The translations under genes and the position numbers were made by a program. Shown here one piece after another: positions 55,501 through 63,468 of a DNA stretch of 64,000 nt. This stretch comes from Sulfolobales archaeon (GTDB lineage: Archaea; Thermoproteota; Thermoprotei_A; Sulfolobales; NBVN01). The notes beneath the pieces were generated by a model that did not search any database, was not told the origin of the DNA, and was given only the letters and a program-made list of their open reading frames with translations. Location of the stretch: contig JAWBTQ010000002.1 of the NCBI GenBank assembly GCA_038841535.1, positions 77,463-141,462 of the forward strand, in the 5' to 3' direction. Each line of letters starts with the position of its first letter. Position 1 is the first letter of the stretch.

Positions 55501-56384
55501 CTTCCTACAGGAGTTCTAAGTCGAGACTTAAGCTCATATACTTAGACTTCGTGAGACCAGTAATCCTAAGCGGTAGAGGAGTCCTAGGTATCGCTATCAT
55601 AGTCTCCATGATCTTTATGGCTACATTAGGGCCCGAGCTCATACCTCTAGATACGGGTGTTAAGCCGCAGATGAAGTGGTGTCAGCCCTCTCTTGAGCAT
55701 CCGCTAGGGTGCGACTACCTCGGCCGCGACCTGTTCTCACTGGTAGTTCACGGTTCGAGAGAGGTCTTCCTTATACCCTTCTGTGCTACTTTGATTGGTG
55801 TGGTCGTAGGGCTATCTATAGGTCTGTTAGCAGGTTATATTGGCGGGTTGGCTAGAAGAGCTCTAACCTCAGTAACTGACACGTGGTTAACAATACCGTC
55901 GTTTCCAGTAATATTTATATTAGCCTACGCTTTACCTAAGTCTCCGGTCTCCATAATACTTCTACTAACTCTCTTTAGCTGGCCCGGGCTAGCTAGAGCG
56001 GTAGCCGCTGAAGTATCCTCATTGAAGCGCAGAGACTACATCGAGGCGTGCGTTAACCTAGGCCTTGGGAGGGGCTACATACTGTTCAGAGAGATAGGAC
56101 CTCACATACTCCCATTTGTAGCAATCAACTTCGCCTCGGTTTTCGTCGCAAACATGACGTCTCTAATAGGCATAGTCCTCCTCGGGGTAGCCCCACTGAA
56201 CCCAACTAATTGGGGCTACTTACTAAACCAGATGATATTTACTTACAAGGGACTGCTCCTAGCTAATGCATCAGTAGTGATAGTGTTGATGATACTCATG
56301 TTGGTTTTTATAAAGCTGGGTGTAGTGTTCTTTGCTCAATCCCTCGAAGAGGTCTTTAACCCAAGGTTGAGGAGGTATGAGTGA
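55497..56384 (+). CDS. ABC transporter permease (DppC/OppC-like)
   Basis: 295 aa. HPLGCDYLGRDLFS, typical of the OppC N-terminus, and YIEACVNLGLGRGYILFREIGPHILP. The ATGA start/stop overlaps the upstream permease. Confidence 0.9.
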   Translation: MTSYRSSKSRLKLIYLDFVRPVILSGRGVLGIAIIVSMIFMATLGPELIPLDTGVKPQMKWCQPSLEHPLGCDYLGRDLFSLVVHGSREVFLIPFCATLIGVVVGLSIGLLAGYIGGLARRALTSVTDTWLTIPSFPVIFILAYALPKSPVSIILLLTLFSWPGLARAVAAEVSSLKRRDYIEACVNLGLGRGYILFREIGPHILPFVAINFASVFVANMTSLIGIVLLGVAPLNPTNWGYLLNQMIFTYKGLLLANASVVIVLMILMLVFIKLGVVFFAQSLEEVFNPRLRRYE

Positions 56385-57384
56385 AAAACTCGATAAGAAC
56401 CAGAAGCTGGTTATCCGTGACCTGAGAATGGAGTACCTAGTGAGAGAAGGGACCGTAAAAGCGGTAAACGGAGTCAACCTCACTATACCTGAGGGGAGGA
56501 TTACCGCTATCGTGGGCGAGAGCGGCTCCGGGAAAACCTCTCTGGTTGAGACCTTTCTTAAAATTTTACCTAAAAACGCGAGAATAAGGTCCGGTAAGGC
56601 CCTTCTCAAGCTCTCCAACGGAACAGCTGTAGACCTGATAGAAGCGAGCGATAGCTTAATGAGAAAGCTAAGAGGGAGAGTCGTGGGATATATACCTCAA
56701 GGAGCGCAAAACTCTTTAAACCCTGTCTTAACCATCGAGCAGCACTTCCTCGAAACCCTCAGGGAGCATGGGACTCACTCTAAGGAGGCTATCGAGGAGA
56801 GAGTTCGCGCAATGCTTTCTCTCGTTAGGCTAGACCCTGAGGTCGTCTTGAAGAAGTACCCTCATGAGCTAAGTGGAGGCATGAAGCAGAGAGTTGTGAT
56901 AGCATTGACTATGTTACTCCAACCGGAACTAGTAGTTCTAGACGAGCCAACTTCGGCTTTAGACATCTTCTCTCAAAGGGTTCTGCTGAACATACTCTAC
57001 AAGATCCAGTCCACTTATAAGAATACCATGGTTTTGATCACACACGATATCCCGATAGTATCAGAGCTAACCGATAGGGTGGCGGTTCTCTACGCAGGAG
57101 CTATAGTAGAGTCCGCAGATACGTACGAGGTATTCAAGGAGCCTATACACCCCTATACCTCTATGCTTATATCTGCCATACCTTCGGTAGTAGACGTCTA
57201 CCTAAAGAGGGTGCCTAAGCCGGTACCTGGAGAGCCCCCCAGTCTTCTAAATCCACCACCAGGCTGCAGATTCCATCCTAGATGTCCTCACGCTTTTGAG
57301 AAATGCAGGCTTAAGGAGCCTCCTACGGTAGAAGTGCACTCAGGTCACTTCGTTAGTTGCTGGCTGTACGCCGAGGGTGTGTAG
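56377..57384 (+). CDS. ABC transporter ATPase (DppD/OppD-like)
   Basis: 335 aa. GESGSGKTS, LSGGMKQRVVIA, LVVLDEPTSALD, and a C-terminal oligo_HPY region HPYT...PPGCRFHPRCPHAFEKC. Confidence 0.9.
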   Translation: MSEKLDKNQKLVIRDLRMEYLVREGTVKAVNGVNLTIPEGRITAIVGESGSGKTSLVETFLKILPKNARIRSGKALLKLSNGTAVDLIEASDSLMRKLRGRVVGYIPQGAQNSLNPVLTIEQHFLETLREHGTHSKEAIEERVRAMLSLVRLDPEVVLKKYPHELSGGMKQRVVIALTMLLQPELVVLDEPTSALDIFSQRVLLNILYKIQSTYKNTMVLITHDIPIVSELTDRVAVLYAGAIVESADTYEVFKEPIHPYTSMLISAIPSVVDVYLKRVPKPVPGEPPSLLNPPPGCRFHPRCPHAFEKCRLKEPPTVEVHSGHFVSCWLYAEGV

Positions 57385-57386
57385 AG

Positions 57387-58421
57387 ATGAAGAGGGTTGT
57401 CGCAGTAGAGAAGGTAAGTAAGACCTACTCCAGAGGGTTATTTAAGAAGAGGCTTATCAGTGCAGTGCAGAGCGCTTCTCTCGAGGTATCTAGCGGTGAG
57501 TTAATTAGTATCGTTGGTGAGAGCGGCTCCGGAAAGACTACTCTGGGAAAGTTGATGACTGGCTTAGTCCTTCCTAGTAGCGGGAGGCTAATCTGGAGAG
57601 ACGTGGACGTAATTAAGAACGGAAGAATAGTCAATAGAGAGTTCTACTCTTCGAATAGACATAGATACGTATACGTCCATCAAGACCCGTATAGTGCTCT
57701 AAATCCTTCTAAGAACGTATGGGACACTCTCAACCCGGTGATCAGTAAGTACAAGAAGCACTTAGGAACATCGGATAAGTATAAAACAGTGATAGAGCTC
57801 CTAGAGGAGGTAGGACTAGTTCCAGCAGATTACTTCATCGATAAGTATCCTCACCACCTCTCTGGAGGTATGAGGCAGAGACTTGCTCTAGCGAGAGCTC
57901 TGGCAGCTGATCCTCACTTCATAGTGGCAGACGAAATAGTGAGCATGGTAGACCCGTCAATAAGGATATCGCTAGTGAACCTCCTCAAGGATATAGTGAA
58001 GGCGCGCAATATCTCGGTAGTGTTCATATCTCACGACCTCGGAATATCTATTTATGCCGCTGAAAACAACTTCATGTACGTGATGCTTAACGGGGTGGTC
58101 GTAGAGTACGGTCCTGCCTACGAGATAGCTTACTCCCCCGAACATCCGTATACAAGAGCCCTAATATCTAATACATCCGTTCCACTACCCTCACGAGAGA
58201 AGCGTGTGAGAGAGCTAGATGGCGTTGCGGTCGAAGACAGTAAACCCAGGCCAAACACACTGTGCCCATTTGCTTCTCTATGCCCGTTTGTTGATTCAGA
58301 GTGCTCTTCTTTTGAGCTTGGGTTTTACTTAAAAGCAGGTGCTAAGCACTTCTCAGCGTGTTTAAAGACTGGAAAGCTACCTAAGTGGAAGCCCAGCTGG
58401 CTCCAAACCCTATCTGGGTAG
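57387..58421 (+). CDS. ABC transporter ATPase (DppF/OppF-like)
   Basis: GESGSGKTT, LSGGMRQRLALARAL, FIVADEIVSMVD, HPYT. The start was moved to ATG 57387 (MKRVVAVEKV), 3 nt after the upstream stop; the track ORF starts at 57357. Confidence 0.9.
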   Translation: MKRVVAVEKVSKTYSRGLFKKRLISAVQSASLEVSSGELISIVGESGSGKTTLGKLMTGLVLPSSGRLIWRDVDVIKNGRIVNREFYSSNRHRYVYVHQDPYSALNPSKNVWDTLNPVISKYKKHLGTSDKYKTVIELLEEVGLVPADYFIDKYPHHLSGGMRQRLALARALAADPHFIVADEIVSMVDPSIRISLVNLLKDIVKARNISVVFISHDLGISIYAAENNFMYVMLNGVVVEYGPAYEIAYSPEHPYTRALISNTSVPLPSREKRVRELDGVAVEDSKPRPNTLCPFASLCPFVDSECSSFELGFYLKAGAKHFSACLKTGKLPKWKPSWLQTLSG

Positions 58422-58426
58422 AGCAG

Positions 58427-58627
58427 ATGAGAGCACACCCAATTATTCTAGTCGACCTTCTAGCATTAGCCGTAGTCACATTAGTACTTTCCGCTGTAGC
58501 TCTAGCAATACTACAGCCATCTGATGAAGCATATCTGCCGGCACTCTCAGCCTTATTTATTTCTTTAGTCCTCGTCTTTGTAGCCCTAGTCGGGTTTAGG
58601 AGAGCTATTAAAGTAGAGAAAACGTAG
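58427..58627 (+). CDS. small two-TM membrane protein (hypothetical)
   Basis: 66 aa from ATG 58427 (MRAHPIILVDLLALAVV...), 6 nt after the ATPase stop. Two hydrophobic helices. Support comes only from position and hydrophobicity. Confidence 0.35.
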   Translation: MRAHPIILVDLLALAVVTLVLSAVALAILQPSDEAYLPALSALFISLVLVFVALVGFRRAIKVEKT

Positions 58628-58673
58628 AGTCGTTACGTAATCCTTTCCCTTTAAACTTCTAACCCCAAAAAGT

Positions 58674-61343
58674 ATGGGGGAAATATTGAGAACTATTTAT
58701 ATCGTAATCCTGACTATAGTAGTGGTCGCGGCTATAGTCACCCCCACAGTTTTCCGGGTTCTTAAGCCTGAGACGTCGGAAACATCTACACCTATAGAAA
58801 CTACGGCAGTAGCTTTCACTCTAGTACAGCTACCGCTTAGAAAAAGACCATTCGTGTGGACCTGGATCTACAGCACGAAATCCAGCGAAGTCGCCGAGCT
58901 CCTGAGCAGATTCGGAGGTCGCGCGATAGATGTGGTCTCACCTGATTGGTACTATCTTACCGAGGACTTGAGTCTAGGTTTATACTACGAGAGAGGGGCG
59001 GAAGACCCAGGTTTTGTGAAACTTAGTAAAGACTCAGGAATCTTGATAGTCCCGATGGTTGTTTCTTCTAAAGGAGATAGAGTAAAGAACCTAATAACGA
59101 GTCGGGAAGCTATCGAGAGGTTCTCCAGGCAACTCGTAGAGACAGCAGCTAGAATGGGATACTCCGGCTTTAATATAGACTTCGAGGTAAGCCTCCCACT
59201 CTACTCTAGAGAGTTCGCTGAATTCATAGACTATCTTGCTAAGAGGCTTCATGAGGCTGGACTTATATTAACTGTAGCAGTGCCCGCCAAGAGGGCTGAG
59301 ATCCGTAGCGACTATCTAATGACTTACGACTACCAACTTCTAGCAAAAACAGACGCTGACTACATTATGATCATGGCATACGACTACTACGAGATAGTGG
59401 GACCTAAGCCGGTCGCCCCCATGCCTTGGGTAGAGGACTGTATTGAGTACTCCCTAAGGTTCTTCCCTAGAGAAAAACTCGTTCTCGGCGTCCCTAATTA
59501 CGGAAAAGTTTGGGACGACAAGGGCAAGTTAGTGAAGTGGTTACTGCACCAGGATTATCTGTCCATGGTATCCCAGGGAGAGCGCTTTGTAGTAGACCTA
59601 AGCTCGAGAGAGCTTATGGCTAAAACAGCCGAGGGAGTAGCATACTACGTTGATGGAGAGATGGCGTACTACCGAGCAAAGCTCGCACTCTCCCATCGCT
59701 TAGCCGGTGTAGCAATATGGAGACTCGACGGGGGAGACCTCGGCTTATGGGAGCTTCTCGAGGATTTCCGTCTCTCGCATGCGGGACCCCCCGACTACCC
59801 TCTAGCTAAGTGGATAGAGGCCTACTCAGGTAATTATCAAAAGTCAAACAGAACGGAAGTCAACTGGATAGTGGTCCACGTCACCGAGGGCTCGACTCAG
59901 TCTGCTATTAACTGGTTCCTAGACCCACGATCCGGAGTTTCAGCCCATTATATAATCTCGTTGGGAGGATCGGTCTATCAAATGGTTATGGAGAAAGACA
60001 TCGCTTGGCATGCGGGTAACAAGCAGTACAACCTACTGTCTATAGGTATAGAGCATGAGGGCTTCGTTAAGGCAAGGATGTTTACGGAATCTCAATACAG
60101 ATCGTCCGCCCGCTTAATAGCATATCTAGCCTATAAGTATGGCATATCATTAGATCACGTAGTCGGCATAGCTCCTCCGGATCCCGCGGAAAGTAAAGGG
60201 ATAATAGGGCACGACCAAGTTCCTGACCCGAGGAATCAGACGATAGGTGGAGGAATCTCCCACCACACTGATCCTGGACCATACTGGGATTGGCGTTTAT
60301 ACATGGAGCTCGCGAGGAAGTACTACGAAGCCTTAGTAAGTGGAAATTATGAGAAGGCCTTTATCGCAGTGTGGTGGGGTGTTTACTCGGATAAGTGGAG
60401 CATGAATAGAGATGTCTGGCTTAAGCAGGTTAATGAAGCTCTAGCTAAGCTCAAGAGAGCTGGGGTTGACGCTGTGTTCTTTCTAGTTAAGGACCCCTGG
60501 GGCTACGTATATTACAATAGCTCCTACGCACCTCTGAACCCGAAGTATTCTTGGGACGTTCTCGGCGATGTAGTGAAGGTCGCTAAAAAATATGGAATAG
60601 AGGTTTACGTATATATAAACGCTCTATCCGAGGGAGAGACCAGTCCCGGGTTCTATTTACAGCAGAACCCCCACTTCGCTCTCTATGATGAGTACGGAAA
60701 CATGCTCGGTTGGGTAGACCCCTACTGTGAAGAATACGTGCAGAGGCTCCTCGACATAGTAGCTGAGATATTGACTAAGTACCCCGAGGTCAGAGGGGTA
60801 CAACTAGATAGAATAAGAGCTCCTCAGAGCAACGTCATCGGAAAATGCTCTTCGGAGGGTTTCTGGAAGCAATATGGTAAGAACCCCAAAGACGATATAC
60901 GACTCTACCAGAAGTTTCTAGTTGACGGTATAACTAGCATAGTCAAGAGAGTTTCTGCTTTAGCTAAGAGCGCTAGGCCCGGCATTCACGTGTCTGCCGC
61001 AGTATTCCCGAGTCCAACCGCCGTTCATACCGTACTCCAGGATTGGATTTATTGGGTTAACGAGGGTGTGGTCGATGCTGTCGCAACAATGACCTACACA
61101 ATAGACTTTACAACGTTTAAGAGTTACGTGACATCACAGCTCGGAACTATTAAAGACCCTAGTAAGCTCCTTATAGGTGTAGGAGCGTGGCAGCTATTAG
61201 ACGAAATGCTGGTATCCCAACTGAGTTATGTGATAGAGGAGCTTAATCTCAAGGGAGCTGTTCTGTTTAACTTAGACAGCCTAATAGACAAGAACCTGGC
61301 CGAAACCCTTACCAAGTTCAGACTTACATACTATTGCCGATAG
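58674..61343 (+). CDS. membrane-anchored three-domain glycan hydrolase: GH18-like + N-acetylmuramoyl-L-alanine amidase (Amidase_2) + GHL10/DUF187-like
   Basis: 889 aa.
- TM anchor: aa 8-27.
- GH18: aa ~58-362 (nt ~58845-59759), with GFNIDFE (DxE at 59178-59186), MIMAYDY, GVPNYG, AIWRLDGGD.
- Amidase_2: aa ~393-545 (nt ~59850-60308), with NWIVVHVTEG, VSAHYII, IAWHAGN, LSIGIEHEG, IGHDQV, HHTDPGPYWDW.
- GHL10-like: aa ~560-840 (nt ~60351-61193), with GVDAVFFLVKDPWGYVYYNS, GIEVYVYINA, VRGVQLDRIR, QDWIYWVNEGVVDAVATMTY. Confidence 0.85.
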   Translation: MGEILRTIYIVILTIVVVAAIVTPTVFRVLKPETSETSTPIETTAVAFTLVQLPLRKRPFVWTWIYSTKSSEVAELLSRFGGRAIDVVSPDWYYLTEDLSLGLYYERGAEDPGFVKLSKDSGILIVPMVVSSKGDRVKNLITSREAIERFSRQLVETAARMGYSGFNIDFEVSLPLYSREFAEFIDYLAKRLHEAGLILTVAVPAKRAEIRSDYLMTYDYQLLAKTDADYIMIMAYDYYEIVGPKPVAPMPWVEDCIEYSLRFFPREKLVLGVPNYGKVWDDKGKLVKWLLHQDYLSMVSQGERFVVDLSSRELMAKTAEGVAYYVDGEMAYYRAKLALSHRLAGVAIWRLDGGDLGLWELLEDFRLSHAGPPDYPLAKWIEAYSGNYQKSNRTEVNWIVVHVTEGSTQSAINWFLDPRSGVSAHYIISLGGSVYQMVMEKDIAWHAGNKQYNLLSIGIEHEGFVKARMFTESQYRSSARLIAYLAYKYGISLDHVVGIAPPDPAESKGIIGHDQVPDPRNQTIGGGISHHTDPGPYWDWRLYMELARKYYEALVSGNYEKAFIAVWWGVYSDKWSMNRDVWLKQVNEALAKLKRAGVDAVFFLVKDPWGYVYYNSSYAPLNPKYSWDVLGDVVKVAKKYGIEVYVYINALSEGETSPGFYLQQNPHFALYDEYGNMLGWVDPYCEEYVQRLLDIVAEILTKYPEVRGVQLDRIRAPQSNVIGKCSSEGFWKQYGKNPKDDIRLYQKFLVDGITSIVKRVSALAKSARPGIHVSAAVFPSPTAVHTVLQDWIYWVNEGVVDAVATMTYTIDFTTFKSYVTSQLGTIKDPSKLLIGVGAWQLLDEMLVSQLSYVIEELNLKGAVLFNLDSLIDKNLAETLTKFRLTYYCR

Positions 61344-61479
61344 AGCTTAAACTTAATACAGTACAACGAGTTCTATTTCGGTTATTTGCTGCGGATTTAA
61401 GTGGCCTAATCGAGTTGGGGTTCAGCTCTGATATAGGTTTGTATTGGTTGATTTTATTGCCTCATCTCTTACTCCCGCA

Positions 61480-61663
61480 TCCTGCTCGGGTCCTCATCGG
61501 GCTCTGGGGCGTCCGGGGAATCCTAGGCCGTATCACATCTCGGTTTATCCTCGGGAGAGCCCGCACTTCATCTACGTAGCTCTCGACCACTCATCGAGTA
61601 ACCTTCGCACATCGATCCACGCCGAGACACTCATAAACGTCTTTGTTGCATCCATCAAGCAAC
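61480..61663 (+). repeat. copy A of a diverged ~170-185-nt direct repeat (by-eye alignment)
   Basis: Ordered blocks: TCCTGCTC (61480), CTCTGGGGCG (61502), CTACGTAG (61572), ATCCACG (61615), CATCCATCAAGCAAC (61649). The same order recurs in copy B. Confidence 0.3.
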
Positions 61664-61702
61664 ATAAACCAACACGAAACTAGAAACAGTCACTTGAGGA
61701 AC

Positions 61703-62422
61703 CTACTTTGAGGGCAGTCTAGACCTTAGTGCTTCGACTAAGCTGTCTACTGAGGAGTGTGTCGACACTATTAATGGCAGCATCTCCCTATCCGCTAGCC
61801 TTATCGCTAGAACGTCCACAGTTTTCGGCTGATGTATGACTACAGCCGCAGGTTTTGTTGGTGCTACTCGAACAGCTACCATCGGGGAGCGCCCAGTGCT
61901 TACCGCAGTAAAGATTAGTGCCCTTATGCTAGAAAGTCCCATTATACTCCAAAACTCGTTACCCCTAAGTCCCTCAATTGCCTCATAGCTGTTAATGACA
62001 GTGTAGCCGTATATGGGTAAAGCTATGAACCTAGAGTTAACAATGTACCCTTCTACAGCAGTAACTAGTTCGTCGAGCTTTATAGGGCGACTGAACTCTC
62101 TGATATCTAGAACACCCGCAATAAGCAATCCCATGCTCTGAGCTAAACCCTTAGTTACGGTATAGCCTGAGAGTTCATCGTACGTCATTAGGGCCTCAAT
62201 AAACGTCTTAACGAACTTCATACCGGGTCTCCTCCTGCTTTTCTCATAGTCACTGATTACACTAGAAGCCACCTTAAGGTACTTTGCTAGCTCTACTTGA
62301 CTCAGTCCGAAAACAGTCCTCCACTTTCTAACCGCTTGACCTGGGTTATCGCTGAACACTATATCGCCAGCGATCTTCTTTTTAACTTCATCGACTACGT
62401 ACCTAGGTATCATCTTATCCAC
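61703..62422 (-). CDS. XRE-type HTH transcriptional regulator with uncharacterised C-terminal domain
   Basis: 239 aa. AVRKWRTVFGLSQVELAKYLKVASSVISDYEKSRRRPG is a classic XRE/Cro HTH. The C-terminal ~150 aa are conserved-looking but unassigned. Confidence 0.7.
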   Translation of the reverse strand: MDKMIPRYVVDEVKKKIAGDIVFSDNPGQAVRKWRTVFGLSQVELAKYLKVASSVISDYEKSRRRPGMKFVKTFIEALMTYDELSGYTVTKGLAQSMGLLIAGVLDIREFSRPIKLDELVTAVEGYIVNSRFIALPIYGYTVINSYEAIEGLRGNEFWSIMGLSSIRALIFTAVSTGRSPMVAVRVAPTKPAAVVIHQPKTVDVLAIRLADREMLPLIVSTHSSVDSLVEALRSRLPSK

Positions 62423-62661
62423 CCCGTAGTACAGCTACTGAGTAGAGCACCATAAATCTAACTCTACTACCTAGTGGTATCACTAAATTTTTCCATGTTA
62501 CTATTTGCGGGCAATCGCGCAGAGCCAATTCCAACATCAATCATAGCTATGCCTGACTCCTTAATAAATACTCTCTATGAGTTAAACCATAAGTTGTTGT
62601 AGGACTAGCATGAGAGCGTTACTTATCAGAAACACTACTTAGGGTATTGATCTAACCTCCT

Positions 62662-62830
62662 TCCTGGTCTGATGGGTGAAGGTTCCTCTGGGCGGGGAGG
62701 TCTGAGTTAAACTCCCTCCTACTAGAGGGTCTAGCCCTAGCAGAGTCTCTAGAGCATTACGCCAGCTACGTAGAGCGCGGGACTCGGGGATATGCTTTAA
62801 CTACATCCACGAACACATCCATCAAGAAAC
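62662..62830 (+). repeat. copy B of the diverged direct repeat
   Basis: Ordered blocks: TCCTGGTC (62662), CTCTGGGCGG (62686), CTACGTAG (62766), ATCCACG (62805), CATCCATCAAGAAAC (62816). Confidence 0.3.
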
Positions 62831-62937
62831 CTAAAGACAAAAGAATGAGCACACTCACAACAAACGAACGCCACAATCCTTCTGCTTATCTACCTTCACT
62901 TCTTTTATTAGTTAAGACCTAGATGTAGGAGGGTGAC

Positions 62938-63468
62938 GTGGGTTCAGTTAAGGCTGACTGGGTTTACCTGCTTCATCCCAGACCTGCTTTCGCTATATGT
63001 TCCTCGGCCGAGAGTGCTTACGACTGTCTAGCCGCATCTTGGGTCACACCCGTGTCTAGAGAGCCACCGATATTGATGGTAGCTCTATCTCCGAGGAGAG
63101 CTACTTACTCACTGATTAAGTCGTCGGGAAAGGCCACTGTTAACGTTCTCGATTGGAGTATGCTGGAGGCGCTACATTACTTGGGATCGACTAGCCTACA
63201 TAAGAATCCCAACAAAATGGTTGATTCAGGCGTCAAGGTCTTACTCTCAGATGGCTACGTGAGGATCGAGGGCGCTCTGGCGGTTCTATACTGTAGTGTG
63301 AGGATGATTTTGACTATGGGCGACCACGATGCCGTATTCTTTGATGTAGTTGGCGTAGACGTGAATAAAGGGTATAAGCCTAAGGCTGAAGTAACGAAAT
63401 ACAATTACATAATGCACGTAGGTGGTGGCGAGTACACTACAAACGTAAATAGCGTGATAGTTCTTTGA
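62938..63468 (+). CDS. flavin reductase-like FMN-binding split-barrel protein
   Basis: 176 aa. LLHPRPAFAICSS...CLAASWVTPVSREPPILMVALSPRRATYSLIKSSGKATVNVL follows the Flavin_Reduct domain pattern. GTG start. Confidence 0.75.
   Translation: MGSVKADWVYLLHPRPAFAICSSAESAYDCLAASWVTPVSREPPILMVALSPRRATYSLIKSSGKATVNVLDWSMLEALHYLGSTSLHKNPNKMVDSGVKVLLSDGYVRIEGALAVLYCSVRMILTMGDHDAVFFDVVGVDVNKGYKPKAEVTKYNYIMHVGGGEYTTNVNSVIVL

Noticed and set aside
61334-61683. Overlapping 81-aa and 79-aa plus-strand ORFs after the large hydrolase gene.
   Set aside because: The two frames overlap each other and the composition is unlike the neighbouring proteins (Arg/Ser/Pro/His-rich). The region is better described as non-coding repeat copy A.
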